NCBI GenBank assembly: GCA_902578305.1
Contig: CACHCK010000001.1
Span: forward strand, 183,136-247,135
Origin: an uncultured Pelagibacteraceae bacterium
GTDB lineage: Bacteria; Pseudomonadota; Alphaproteobacteria; Pelagibacterales; AG-422-B15
Length of the DNA stretch: 64,000 bases
Direction of reading: 5' to 3'
Shown: one piece after another, positions 36,114 through 45,646 of the stretch
Numbering within the stretch: position 1 is the first letter of the stretch
Layout: each line of letters begins with the position of its first letter
The notes under the pieces: model-generated
Database searches by the model: none
What the model saw: only the letters and a program-made list of their open reading frames with translations
What the model was told of the DNA's origin: nothing
Translations under genes and position numbers: made by a program

Positions 36114-37118
36114 ATGAAAAATTCATTATTTGCAAAAACTTTTGCTGCCCTGATTTTGTCTTCTTTTTTAGTTCTTTCGGCAGGTACTGCCAACGCTAAG
36201 CGTTTAACAGCTGCTGTTGCTGACTGGACTGGTGGAGAATTAACATGTCAGGTTGCAGTTGCTATCCTTGAAGAAGAGCTAGGCTACAGAGTTGATAGAA
36301 TAGAATTCGCTTCAGGAACAGGTCTATGGGAAGCTATTGCCGCTGGCGATATTGACTTCGCATGTGAAAGTTGGCCAAGTTATGCTGAGGCTGACGATGT
36401 AATGATCAACATGAATCTTGTTTATGACGGAGAAGTTGTAAAAGAGTATTCTGGTGATGGATCTGTTGATGCGTACACAAGTGGTATCATTGGAATGTCA
36501 GATTACTATGTTCCAAAATACTTTGTTGACGCTAACCCAGATTTTAAAGACTGGTCAGATTTAAATAAATTCAAAGATCAATTTGCGACACCTGAAACAG
36601 GTTCAAAAGGTAGATTGATTGGATGTCCAGTTGCTGGTTGGAACTGTCATGACCAAAAAAGATTAGATCTTTTAGGAATTGATTTTGAAGCATCAGAACT
36701 AGGTACTGAGGTTGCAGCTCTAGCGGAAGCTCAAGGAGCTTATGATAGAGGTGAAGCATTCCTTCTGTATCTTTGGGAACCACACTTTTTCTTCGGTAAG
36801 AATGAAATGGTTGGTGTAAAACTACCAGCATACAAATACTGTGATAGTTTTACTGAAGCTAATAACTGGCAAGATTGTGGAACTGCAGCATGGCCTGCTA
36901 CAGGTTGGGATAAAGACTACACGATGAATTATATGAATCCTGAAGTTATGTCTAGACCTGAGAACGCTGAAGCAGTTGCATTCTTCAAAAAAATGGCTTT
37001 CTCTAACACGGATCAAGCAAAAATGCTTGTAAGAGTTGGTGACGACGGATTATCTGTCGAAGAAGCTGTTGCTGAATGGAAAAACAGTACAGACGAATGG
37101 AAAGCTTGGCTTCCGTAA
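36114..37118 (+). CDS. proX: Periplasmic glycine betaine/quaternary amine-binding protein (ProX/OpuAC family)
   Basis: Signal peptide; Trp-rich ligand-box candidates (ADWTGGE, CESWPSY, LYLWEPHF). Confidence 0.85.
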   Translation: MKNSLFAKTFAALILSSFLVLSAGTANAKRLTAAVADWTGGELTCQVAVAILEEELGYRVDRIEFASGTGLWEAIAAGDIDFACESWPSYAEADDVMINMNLVYDGEVVKEYSGDGSVDAYTSGIIGMSDYYVPKYFVDANPDFKDWSDLNKFKDQFATPETGSKGRLIGCPVAGWNCHDQKRLDLLGIDFEASELGTEVAALAEAQGAYDRGEAFLLYLWEPHFFFGKNEMVGVKLPAYKYCDSFTEANNWQDCGTAAWPATGWDKDYTMNYMNPEVMSRPENAEAVAFFKKMAFSNTDQAKMLVRVGDDGLSVEEAVAEWKNSTDEWKAWLP

Positions 37119-37143
37119 GTCTAAATAGCTAAATCAGAAAATT

Positions 37144-37178
37144 AAGGCCTTGTTACTTTTGTGCAAGGCCTTTTTTTT
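37144..37178 (+). terminator. Rho-independent terminator after proX
   Basis: AAGGCCTTG (37144-37152) pairs with CAAGGCCTT (37164-37172), and the T-run continues through 37178. Confidence 0.85.
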
Positions 37179-37189
37179 AGTTAATTTTT

Positions 37190-38101
37190 ATGATCACCTC
37201 ATCAAGACATCCTTACTATTATACAATTAGCTTTGCATTATTAATCGCTGCGGGTATGTGGGGTTTATTCTGGATCCCTCAAAGAGCGTTAGAGGCTGGT
37301 GGTTTAACAGGCGGATGGGCAACGATTTCTCAAATGGTTATACCTTTTGCAATGCTGCTTCCAATATCACTTTGGAGGCTCTATAAAGGTCAGTCTTTTG
37401 GCCTAGAGTATCCTCTAATTGGACTTTTGTTTGGAGGAGGTATTGCTTGCTACGCTAATAGTTTTTTACTGACAGATGTAGTTAGAGCTTTAATACTCTT
37501 TTATATAACCCCAGTTTGGACAACTATTTTTGAAATAGTATTTCTTAGACAAATTCCACGTTTTTATAGATACATAACATTAGCTCTTGCACTATCTGGT
37601 GTTTGGATAGTTTTTGGTCAAGAAGGCGTGATACCCTTACCACAAAATTCTGGTGATTGGATTGCTTTATTAGGCGGAATTCTTATTGCCGCATCAGCAG
37701 TTAGAATGGAAATAAAAAAGCCAGAGGGAATATATCCTATATTATTTTCATTCTTTTTTTATGGAGGCTTATTTACATTATTACAATCATATTTCTTGAG
37801 CGACTACCTAGGTGATGCTCCATCAATAGAGTCATGGGTTGCAATGATGCCGTGGCTAATCTTAATTGCAATTTTATTTCATATACCGACAAATATAGTG
37901 ATCTTAGGTGCACCAAGTAGAATTGGTGCAGGCATATTTTCTATAATTATACTTTTTGAAATAGTTGTAGGAACTTTCAGTGCCGCGGTATTAACAGATG
38001 AGCTTATTGGATGGCGAGAAATATTAGGCAGCTCTTTCATTATATTTGCTGGATTAACAGAAATAATATTTGCATCAAAGACTGAAGAAGATACGGGCTA
38101 A
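37190..38101 (+). CDS. DMT superfamily (EamA-like) transporter
   Basis: 303 aa, about 10 TM spans, with two-repeat architecture. Confidence 0.8.
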   Translation: MITSSRHPYYYTISFALLIAAGMWGLFWIPQRALEAGGLTGGWATISQMVIPFAMLLPISLWRLYKGQSFGLEYPLIGLLFGGGIACYANSFLLTDVVRALILFYITPVWTTIFEIVFLRQIPRFYRYITLALALSGVWIVFGQEGVIPLPQNSGDWIALLGGILIAASAVRMEIKKPEGIYPILFSFFFYGGLFTLLQSYFLSDYLGDAPSIESWVAMMPWLILIAILFHIPTNIVILGAPSRIGAGIFSIIILFEIVVGTFSAAVLTDELIGWREILGSSFIIFAGLTEIIFASKTEEDTG

Positions 38102-39028
38102 CTATAATTGATTGAGTACTTTAATGTGTTCAACTGTAGTACCGCAACATCCACCTATAATTTGCGCTCCAGCATCCTTCCACTTTTTTGCTTCAATTAA
38201 ATAATCATCAGGAGAAATTACATTGCTCATGTCGTAGTGTGGAAAATTAAATACCGCTACTTCTGGATACGCCATAACAGGAAGGTCATATACTTCTTTA
38301 AGTTCTTTAATACTTTGTTCTATTACATTAATTTCACAATGCATTATTCCTACAGCATCCAATTTATGATGTTTGACATTACTAATCATTTTTTTAAAAC
38401 TATAGTCATAGTCTGTAGTAAGGGCTATTAACCCGTCTTTATTTCTAGATGAGAATCCAGCCCACACAGGCAATCCAGCCTTACTTGCTGAGTCAAAAAT
38501 TATTTCAATTCGATCTGGTCGATACATTAACTCTAGTAGAATAAAATCACACCCATTATCGGCTAGAAAAAAAGCGAGCTCATCAAAAGACTTTTGAAAA
38601 TATTCGGGTGTGAGTTTTTTTTTAAATTTCTCTCTTTCCTCTTGTGTTTCAAAAGCATCCTCATACGGTATTTGATGAGACAAGGACCCAGCTATAAGTA
38701 CATCATCTCTACCACATTCTTCCCTTGCTTCCAGAGCTGCATTTATTGCACTTAGATTTATTTCTTTGAATTGATTATCTACCCCCGCGGTTTCTAAGAT
38801 CATTCGATTTGTTGCATAAGTATTTGTAGTTATAATACTTGAGCCAGCCTCAATATAATCTTTATGTATTTGCTTTAATGTATCACTCTCTAAGGAAGCT
38901 GTGCCACACCAAGAATTATCCATTTTAATACCACGGTTTTCAAGCTCCGAACCAGTGGCCCCATCAAGAAGAATATTTTCTCCGGCATGAATACGTTTCA
39001 TTAAATTTTCATATCTTTTGCTCATCAT
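38102..39028 (-). CDS. Homocysteine S-methyltransferase family (betaine- or SMM-homocysteine methyltransferase candidate)
   Basis: LLDGATGSELE N-terminus, NTY, and zinc-ligand motifs including IIGGCCGTTVEHI. Confidence 0.85.
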   Translation of the reverse strand: MMSKRYENLMKRIHAGENILLDGATGSELENRGIKMDNSWCGTASLESDTLKQIHKDYIEAGSSIITTNTYATNRMILETAGVDNQFKEINLSAINAALEAREECGRDDVLIAGSLSHQIPYEDAFETQEEREKFKKKLTPEYFQKSFDELAFFLADNGCDFILLELMYRPDRIEIIFDSASKAGLPVWAGFSSRNKDGLIALTTDYDYSFKKMISNVKHHKLDAVGIMHCEINVIEQSIKELKEVYDLPVMAYPEVAVFNFPHYDMSNVISPDDYLIEAKKWKDAGAQIIGGCCGTTVEHIKVLNQL

Positions 39029-39133
39029 TATTTTTTAGCATTTATAGTTTTAATTAGTAAGTAGAAACTTAGGAAAAGGATTTACTTTTTATGACTTTAT
39101 GGTCTATAAGGTCTGATCATTAAGGAGAACAGA

Positions 39134-40270
39134 ATGTCAAAAGGTATTATATACACCCCAAGGATTAGAAAATCACCTTTCTTTGAAGAGACACTAAAAT
39201 ACGGCGCTACCAATTTTACAACTTATAACCGTATGACGATGCCTGTTGGCTATACGACTCCTGAGGAGGAATACCAATCATTAATAAACGATGTAACATT
39301 ATGGGATGTGGCAGCAGAGAGACAAATTGAAATTATTGGAGAAGACGCCGCTAAATTTGTTCAGTATATGACGCCAAGAAATCTATCAACTTTTAAAGAT
39401 GGGTTTTGTCGTTACGCATTTATGACAGATGAAAATGGTGGAATCATAAATGATCCATTAATTTTAAAGTTTAATGAAAATAAGTATTGGCTGAGTATTG
39501 CAGATTCTGATGCGATACTATGGTGTAAAGGCGTTGCTTTATCTGGTAAGTTTAATGTTAAAATTTCGGAGCCTGAAGCTTGTCCGCTTTCATTGCAAGG
39601 TCCGCGCGCAAAAGAACTCATGAGAAAAGCTACAAATGATGATCCAGTTATTATGGGATTAAAATATTATCAATTTATCGAAACTAACTTATTTGGATTA
39701 GATATCATCATTGCACGCAGCGGTTGGAGTAATCAGTTTGGATACGAAATTTATATAACAAGAGAAGTAGATGGTCCGGCATTATGGAATGCATTAATGG
39801 AAGCAGGAAAAGAGTTTAAAATTGTACCAAGTTGTCCTAATCAAATAGATAGAATTGAAGCCGGTATGATTTCCCACCAAGGAGATACCTCATTAGCTGA
39901 GAACCCTTTAGAACTAAACTTGCCAAAATTTTATGATCTTGATCAAGAAGCGGACTTTGTAGGAAAAGATGCTCTCTTAAAAATAAGAGAAGAGGGCATT
40001 AAAAAACAATTCACTGGTTTTAAAATTTCAGGAAAGAAAATTGGTTATAATATGGCAAGAATACCATTGTTTGACAATAACTCTGAAAAAAAAGGATTTG
40101 TAACCAGCTGTATTTATAGCCCAAACTTTGGATGCAATATTGCCTTAGGGTTCATTGATATTAATTTAATTAATTCAGAAGAAGTTTATCAGATTGATCA
40201 TGATGGAGAAAAACGAGAAGTTGAAGTTGTCCCTTTACCATTTAGTTCTAGACTCGAAAAAATGGAATAA
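39134..40270 (+). CDS. GcvT-family THF-dependent demethylase, DmdA (DMSP demethylase)-like
   Basis: PRIRKSPFFE...FTTYNRM..., VTLWDVAAERQIEIIGEDA, GGIINDPLILK and YWLSIADSD resemble the DmdA pattern as I recall it. Confidence 0.8.
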   Translation: MSKGIIYTPRIRKSPFFEETLKYGATNFTTYNRMTMPVGYTTPEEEYQSLINDVTLWDVAAERQIEIIGEDAAKFVQYMTPRNLSTFKDGFCRYAFMTDENGGIINDPLILKFNENKYWLSIADSDAILWCKGVALSGKFNVKISEPEACPLSLQGPRAKELMRKATNDDPVIMGLKYYQFIETNLFGLDIIIARSGWSNQFGYEIYITREVDGPALWNALMEAGKEFKIVPSCPNQIDRIEAGMISHQGDTSLAENPLELNLPKFYDLDQEADFVGKDALLKIREEGIKKQFTGFKISGKKIGYNMARIPLFDNNSEKKGFVTSCIYSPNFGCNIALGFIDINLINSEEVYQIDHDGEKREVEVVPLPFSSRLEKME

Positions 40271-40920
40271 TGATTTCAAGAAGTAGAGTTAATCAACTTT
40301 TATTCCTTTCAATAATTATATTAGCAGTCGTCGCTGGTTGGGCAGTTTCTGAATTATTTAGAGACAATACTTCAGAAGTATCAAACAACATTGATTTAAA
40401 ATTTACCGCAGTTGACCATTTTGGAGTTGATGTAAGCGAAAGAACTTACAGAGGATATAGTAAAGTATTCTTTTTTGGCTTTACTCATTGTCCAGATATT
40501 TGTCCAATAAGTGCGAATCTTATGAGCAATGCCATTGATCAATTAAATAGAGAAAATCATTCAATAGAAAATATAAAATTTTTCTTTGTAACAGTTGATC
40601 CTGCTAGGGATAACCCTGATCGGTTAAAAGAATTTCTCAGCAACTTTAGCAATAATTTAATTGGTTTAACGGGGACACATGAAAATCTTATGCCAATATG
40701 GAAAGATTTTTTTGTACATGTAGAGCCGGCTACAAATTCAGAACATCAAAATTATTTAGGTACGTCTGAACAATCTGATGAAATAAGTAATAAAGAAAAA
40801 AACTACATGGTTCAACATACTGCTTTCTATTATATTTTTGATGATAATGATGTATTAGTAAGCATACTTCCGTTTGGTTCTAGTATTGAACAAATGGTTG
40901 AAGATTTAAAAAATCTATAA
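40270..40920 (+). CDS. SCO1/SenC copper chaperone (thioredoxin fold)
   Basis: FGFTHCPDICP CxxxC motif, with a later His in MVQHTAFYYIFD. The start overlaps the upstream stop (TAATG). Confidence 0.85.
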   Translation: MISRSRVNQLLFLSIIILAVVAGWAVSELFRDNTSEVSNNIDLKFTAVDHFGVDVSERTYRGYSKVFFFGFTHCPDICPISANLMSNAIDQLNRENHSIENIKFFFVTVDPARDNPDRLKEFLSNFSNNLIGLTGTHENLMPIWKDFFVHVEPATNSEHQNYLGTSEQSDEISNKEKNYMVQHTAFYYIFDDNDVLVSILPFGSSIEQMVEDLKNL

Positions 40921-40922
40921 CA

Positions 40923-41168
40923 ATGTATAAAATATCAATATTTATTTTTTTTGTTTTATTTTCTTGTTCCGAAATAATTGAAACAAATAAATATAGAGCA
41001 TTGGCATCTGAACAAGCATCAAAAAAAAATTGTGATGCTAACGTTGAGCTTCTTTTAAAACATGAAAAGACTGAATTATGGGCATCTTATCATAACAAAG
41101 ATAAAAACTTATTATGCGTTTTAACTTGTGTTAACGATGTCTGTATGTTTTCGACAGAGAGAGATTAA
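40923..41168 (+). CDS. Small Cys-rich putative lipoprotein
   Basis: Lipobox-like FVLFSC at residues 10-15, and a C-terminal CVLTCVNDVC cluster. Confidence 0.5.
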   Translation: MYKISIFIFFVLFSCSEIIETNKYRALASEQASKKNCDANVELLLKHEKTELWASYHNKDKNLLCVLTCVNDVCMFSTERD

Positions 41169-41171
41169 GGG

Positions 41172-41627
41172 TTGTATAAAGCACTAATAATAGTTTTGTT
41201 TTTAGTTTCTACAATAATTGGAGCTGCTCACCAATTTCAAAAAGATCATATTAATATAAATCACCCACACATAAAGTTTGTAATTTCATCAGGCCCTGCA
41301 GCTGGATATATGAAAATAGTAAACATGGGTTTCGAGACAGATCGTTTAATTAAAGTTGTTACTGACTTTGCAGATGCTGAGTTACATTATTCAAGTATAG
41401 AGAGTGGAATGGTTGCAATGAGTAAAGTTGATTTTATTGAAATCCCTCCACAAAAAGCTAAATCGCTCAAACCCGGCACGCACCATATAATGTTTTCAAA
41501 TTTTAGTGTTGAATTAACTCATGGAATTAGTTTAGAAGGGTCTTTAGTATTTGAAAATGCCGGCGAGATCAAAGTGCTTTTTGAGGTTGAAACTCAAAAA
41601 AGTATAGATGACCATACGGAACATTAA
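41172..41627 (+). CDS. Periplasmic copper chaperone PCu(A)C (DUF461)
   Basis: TTG start; AAGYMKIVNMG, ELHYSS..GMVAMSKV and PGTHHIMFSN match the His/Met copper-site pattern. Confidence 0.8.
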   Translation: MYKALIIVLFLVSTIIGAAHQFQKDHININHPHIKFVISSGPAAGYMKIVNMGFETDRLIKVVTDFADAELHYSSIESGMVAMSKVDFIEIPPQKAKSLKPGTHHIMFSNFSVELTHGISLEGSLVFENAGEIKVLFEVETQKSIDDHTEH

Positions 41628-42508
41628 TGAAAACATTTAAAATTGAATATATCACCACACTTTTTTTTCTCACCTTGCTAATTGCTTTAGCTTGGTACTA
41701 TTTATTCCTCATGGCATCTAATCCAATGGACACAATGATGCAAAATAAAAACCCAATGACAATGTCAATGGAAACTGCATCAGAAAATGAAATGTCAATG
41801 AACTCGATGTCTGATGCGGAAATGACTATGGACTCAATGAATATGAATGAAAAAAACTCATCAATCAATTTTCTTATGATGCCAATGACAGGAATGTGGA
41901 CAATAAATGATTTTATCGTGATGTTCGTAATGTGGACCGTCATGATGTTTGCGATGATGCTTCCATCTACATTTATCTTTTTAAATATTTTTAGAATGAT
42001 GAGATCGAACATGCAGATATCATCGAATATTATTATTGAGATGATAGTGATTTCATTCACTTATATTTTAATTTGGATAATTTTTTCACTTATTGCATGT
42101 ACTCTTCAATATATTTTTCACAACAACGGGGTAGTCGATATGATGGGAACATTACAAAATAATATTCTTGCAGGATTATTTCTCGTTGGAGCAGGTGCAT
42201 TTCAATTTACAAGTTTGAAAGATACATGCCTTGAGAAATGCAGAAACCCCTTATCGTTTCTAATGGCTGGTCCTATTAAAGGATACGGAAATGTTGCCTA
42301 TGTGGGTCTAAAGCATGGTATATTTTGCTTAGGGTGCTGCTGGGTTCTTATGCTTCTGCTTTTTGTAAATGGAGTTATGAATTTACTATGGGTTGTCGCA
42401 ATAACAATAATTGTATTGGCTGAAAAAATGCTGCCTTACGAGAAACTTAGCTCTAGATTTCTGGGCATTCTTCTTGTAGGTTGGGGGGCCTATTTAATAT
42501 TTATTTAA
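41627..42508 (+). CDS. DUF2182-family predicted metal-binding membrane protein with Met-rich N-terminal loop
   Basis: Multi-TM core (VMWTVMMFAMMLPS...). Residues ~35-90 are MxM-type repeats. Confidence 0.7.
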   Translation: MKTFKIEYITTLFFLTLLIALAWYYLFLMASNPMDTMMQNKNPMTMSMETASENEMSMNSMSDAEMTMDSMNMNEKNSSINFLMMPMTGMWTINDFIVMFVMWTVMMFAMMLPSTFIFLNIFRMMRSNMQISSNIIIEMIVISFTYILIWIIFSLIACTLQYIFHNNGVVDMMGTLQNNILAGLFLVGAGAFQFTSLKDTCLEKCRNPLSFLMAGPIKGYGNVAYVGLKHGIFCLGCCWVLMLLLFVNGVMNLLWVVAITIIVLAEKMLPYEKLSSRFLGILLVGWGAYLIFI

Positions 42509-42512
42509 CTAT

Positions 42513-43193
42513 ATGACTGTAAATCCACTAAACTTACATTGGGAAATAAAAGGAAATTTTTTGCTGAATTGTAACTGCGATGTATTTTGCAATTGCCCGA
42601 TGTCCCTGGGAAGAGCGGTTCCAAATTCACCAAACGGTAAATGCTTTTCATGGTGGGGAATTAATATCGAAGAAGGATACGCAGAAGAAAAGTGGTCTGG
42701 ATTTAATCCTATCAAAAGAGAGTCTAAAGGAATTATGGATTTAAGTGGTTTAAATGTTGCTATTCTTTTAGAAGTTCCTGGCCCTTTAGGTTCAGGCGGT
42801 TGGACAGCAGGATTATATATTGATGAAAAAGCATCTGATGATGCAGCTGATGCGCTCGCAGTTATTTTTTCAGGTCAAGCAGGTGGACAAACAGGTTGGT
42901 TTAGACATATGATTGCAAACTTCCTTGGCGTAAAAAGATGTTCTATATCATATAAAGAAACCGACGATGGATGGTCGTTTACAATTCCAGAAATCTTAGA
43001 TGGTCGAATTGAACATGAGCCAGGAAAAGAGAGAGGCGAAGTAGTAAAAGTATCAAACTTAAAATATTGGGTTGCTCCAGAAATAATTGTTTGCAAAGGA
43101 TCAAAAAGAAGTAGGATTAGAGATCACGGCCGTAATTGGGATTTCACAGGTGGAAGTGCCGAATATTGTGCTGTTGATTGGGCCGGACCATAA
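42513..43193 (+). CDS. DUF1326-family protein
   Basis: WEIKGNFLLNCNCDVFCNCP Cys cluster, LSGLNVAILLEV and ALAVIFSGQAGG, as in DUF1326 proteins that usually neighbour DUF2182. Confidence 0.75.
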   Translation: MTVNPLNLHWEIKGNFLLNCNCDVFCNCPMSLGRAVPNSPNGKCFSWWGINIEEGYAEEKWSGFNPIKRESKGIMDLSGLNVAILLEVPGPLGSGGWTAGLYIDEKASDDAADALAVIFSGQAGGQTGWFRHMIANFLGVKRCSISYKETDDGWSFTIPEILDGRIEHEPGKERGEVVKVSNLKYWVAPEIIVCKGSKRSRIRDHGRNWDFTGGSAEYCAVDWAGP

Positions 43194-43198
43194 TTCAT

Positions 43199-45634
43199 AT
43201 GAAAAACAAAGCTAAAGTTGTCGTCATCGGTGGCGGTGTAGTTGGAGTTAGTACGCTTTACCACCTTGCAAAAAAAGGATGGTCTGATGTAGTTTTGTGC
43301 GAACGCAAAGAACTTACATCAGGTTCGACGTGGCACGCTGCGGGTTTGATGCCTTTATTCAACATGAGTTACTCTGTTGGTCAAATCCATAAATACTCAG
43401 TTAAATTTTATCAAGAACTTGAAAAAGAAACTGGTCAAGATGTTGGCTTTAGGCAAGTAAGTAATATTCGACTTGCTGAAAACCAGGATAGAATGGATGA
43501 ATATCGTCAATATGCAGGTGTTGCAGAAACAATAGGTGTTAAAGTCAATTTTTTAACTCCAGAGGAAGTTCAAAAAGTTTGGCCGCTTTGTTCAACTGAG
43601 GGCTTAGTGGGTGCTATACAGCACCCTGAGGATGGATACATACAACCCAATGATCTTACGCAAGCTCTAGCAAAAGGAGCAAGAGCGCTTGGAGCTGAAA
43701 TTTACAGACAAACAGCAGTCATAGGACTTGAACAGTTACCAGATGATAGTTGGATTGTTACAACTGATAAAGGTGAAATCAAATGTGATATTGTTGTTTC
43801 ATGCTCGGGAAATTTTGTCAGGCAAACCGGAGAAATGGTTGGATTAGATATCCCAGTGATACCTGTTGAGCATCAATATATCGTTACAGAAGCTCATCCT
43901 AAAATTCTAGAAAGACAAAAAGAAGGCCTTCCTGAAATGGGTGTACTTAGAGGATCTGACGGCGCATGGTATATGCGTGAGGAAGCTGGAGGATTAATTC
44001 TTGGACCATATGAAAATGGTGCACCATGTTGCTATGTCAATGGACCTAGCAAAGACTGTGAGTATGAATTATTCCAAGAAGACTTAGACAGACTTGGCCC
44101 CCATATAGAGCATGCCATTCACAGAGTTCCTATTTTTGGAGAAGCAGGAATTAAGAAAGTTTATAATGGTGCTATTTGTTATACTCCAGATGGAAGCCCA
44201 ATTATCGGTCCAGCATGGGATAGAAAAAATTTATATTTAAATGACGGTCATTCGTTTGGCGTTACAGCTGCTGGTGGTGCAGGCTGGCAGATCGCAGAAT
44301 GGATTGTTGATGGCGAACCGACCATTGATATGCTCGGGGTTGAACCCAGAAGGTTTGGCGATTACGCATCAAAATCATATTTAATCAAAAAAAATGAAGA
44401 GGCTTATGCTAACGTTTTCACAATCCATTATCCTGATGAAGAAAGGCCCGCAGGCCGGCCATTAAGACAAGCACCTTGTTATGATAGGCTGAAAAATTTA
44501 GGTGCAGTGTTTGGTCAAAAGTTTGGTTGGGAGCGCGCAAACTGGTTTGCTCCTGAAGGAGTTCCACAAGAAGACGATTGGTCATTCAGGCGATCAGCTT
44601 GGTTTGAGCACATTGGAAATGAATGTAAAAATGTAACAGAAAATGTAGGTCTTTTAGATATGACCGCATTTGCAAAATGTAGAATTAGCGGACCAGGAGC
44701 AGAAGAATTCCTAGATAATTTAGTTGCTAATAAATTACCAAAAAAGATAGGAAGGACAAATCTCTGTCATGCTTTGAATTCTAAAGGAGGAGTACACTCA
44801 GAATTTACAATAATGAGAGAGTCTCATGACAGTTTTTATTGTGTTTCTGCTGGAGCTTGGCAGCGGCTGGACCATGATTGGGTAAAAAAACATATGCCCG
44901 ATGACAGAAGTGTAAAATTTGAAAATATTACAAATCAAATTGGAGTATTAGTTGTCGCTGGTCCGAAGTCAAGAGAACTTCTTCAAAGAGTATCTGAGGA
45001 TGATTTCACAAATGAGGGTTTCCCATGGCTATCTGGTAAAAAAGTAAAAATTGGCGCTGCAGAAACACTTGCAATAAGAGTAAATTTCGTTGGCGAATTA
45101 GGATGGGAAATCCACTCACCAATTGAAGTACAAAATCATATATTCGATACATTAATGGATGCAGGAAAAGATCTGGGTTTAAAGCCTTTTGGCATAAGAG
45201 CAATGGACTCTTTGAGAATTGAGAAATCCTACAAACTAATTGGTACAGAATTATCAATTGAATACGCGGGATATGAGTCAGGAATAGACAGGTTCATTCA
45301 CCCAAACAAAGGTCAATTCATAGGTAGAGATGCATTAGTTCAGTGGAGAGAAAAAGGTTTTGAGAATTCCTTCGTAACTCTTGAAGTTCATGGTGTCAAA
45401 GATGCTGATGTACTTGGCAATAATCCAATATATGCTGATGGCAAAGTTATTGGTCGCGCTACAGGTGGAAATTTTGGCTTTCGAGTTAATAAGTCTCTCG
45501 CTTTAGCTATGGTCAATCCAGCTCATTCAGATGTAGGCACAAAGTTAAAGATCGATATTTTGGGAGATATGTTTGATGTAACGGTAATACCCGAAAGTCC
45601 TTACGATCCTGATAATCAGAAACTTAGATCTTAG
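43199..45634 (+). CDS. Dimethylglycine/sarcosine dehydrogenase (DAO domain fused to GcvT-like THF domain)
   Basis: VVVIGGGVVGVS, the covalent-FAD His context SGSTWHAAGL, and a C-terminal aminomethyltransferase fold. Start moved to MKNKAKV (43199). Confidence 0.9.
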   Translation: MKNKAKVVVIGGGVVGVSTLYHLAKKGWSDVVLCERKELTSGSTWHAAGLMPLFNMSYSVGQIHKYSVKFYQELEKETGQDVGFRQVSNIRLAENQDRMDEYRQYAGVAETIGVKVNFLTPEEVQKVWPLCSTEGLVGAIQHPEDGYIQPNDLTQALAKGARALGAEIYRQTAVIGLEQLPDDSWIVTTDKGEIKCDIVVSCSGNFVRQTGEMVGLDIPVIPVEHQYIVTEAHPKILERQKEGLPEMGVLRGSDGAWYMREEAGGLILGPYENGAPCCYVNGPSKDCEYELFQEDLDRLGPHIEHAIHRVPIFGEAGIKKVYNGAICYTPDGSPIIGPAWDRKNLYLNDGHSFGVTAAGGAGWQIAEWIVDGEPTIDMLGVEPRRFGDYASKSYLIKKNEEAYANVFTIHYPDEERPAGRPLRQAPCYDRLKNLGAVFGQKFGWERANWFAPEGVPQEDDWSFRRSAWFEHIGNECKNVTENVGLLDMTAFAKCRISGPGAEEFLDNLVANKLPKKIGRTNLCHALNSKGGVHSEFTIMRESHDSFYCVSAGAWQRLDHDWVKKHMPDDRSVKFENITNQIGVLVVAGPKSRELLQRVSEDDFTNEGFPWLSGKKVKIGAAETLAIRVNFVGELGWEIHSPIEVQNHIFDTLMDAGKDLGLKPFGIRAMDSLRIEKSYKLIGTELSIEYAGYESGIDRFIHPNKGQFIGRDALVQWREKGFENSFVTLEVHGVKDADVLGNNPIYADGKVIGRATGGNFGFRVNKSLALAMVNPAHSDVGTKLKIDILGDMFDVTVIPESPYDPDNQKLRS

Positions 45635-45646
45635 CTACTTGAAAAA

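Noticed and set aside
41698-42060. 120-aa minus-strand ORF
   Set aside because: It is the antisense shadow of the Met-rich (ATG-dense) part of the DUF2182 gene. Its isoleucine/aspartate-rich repetitive product has no plausible fold.
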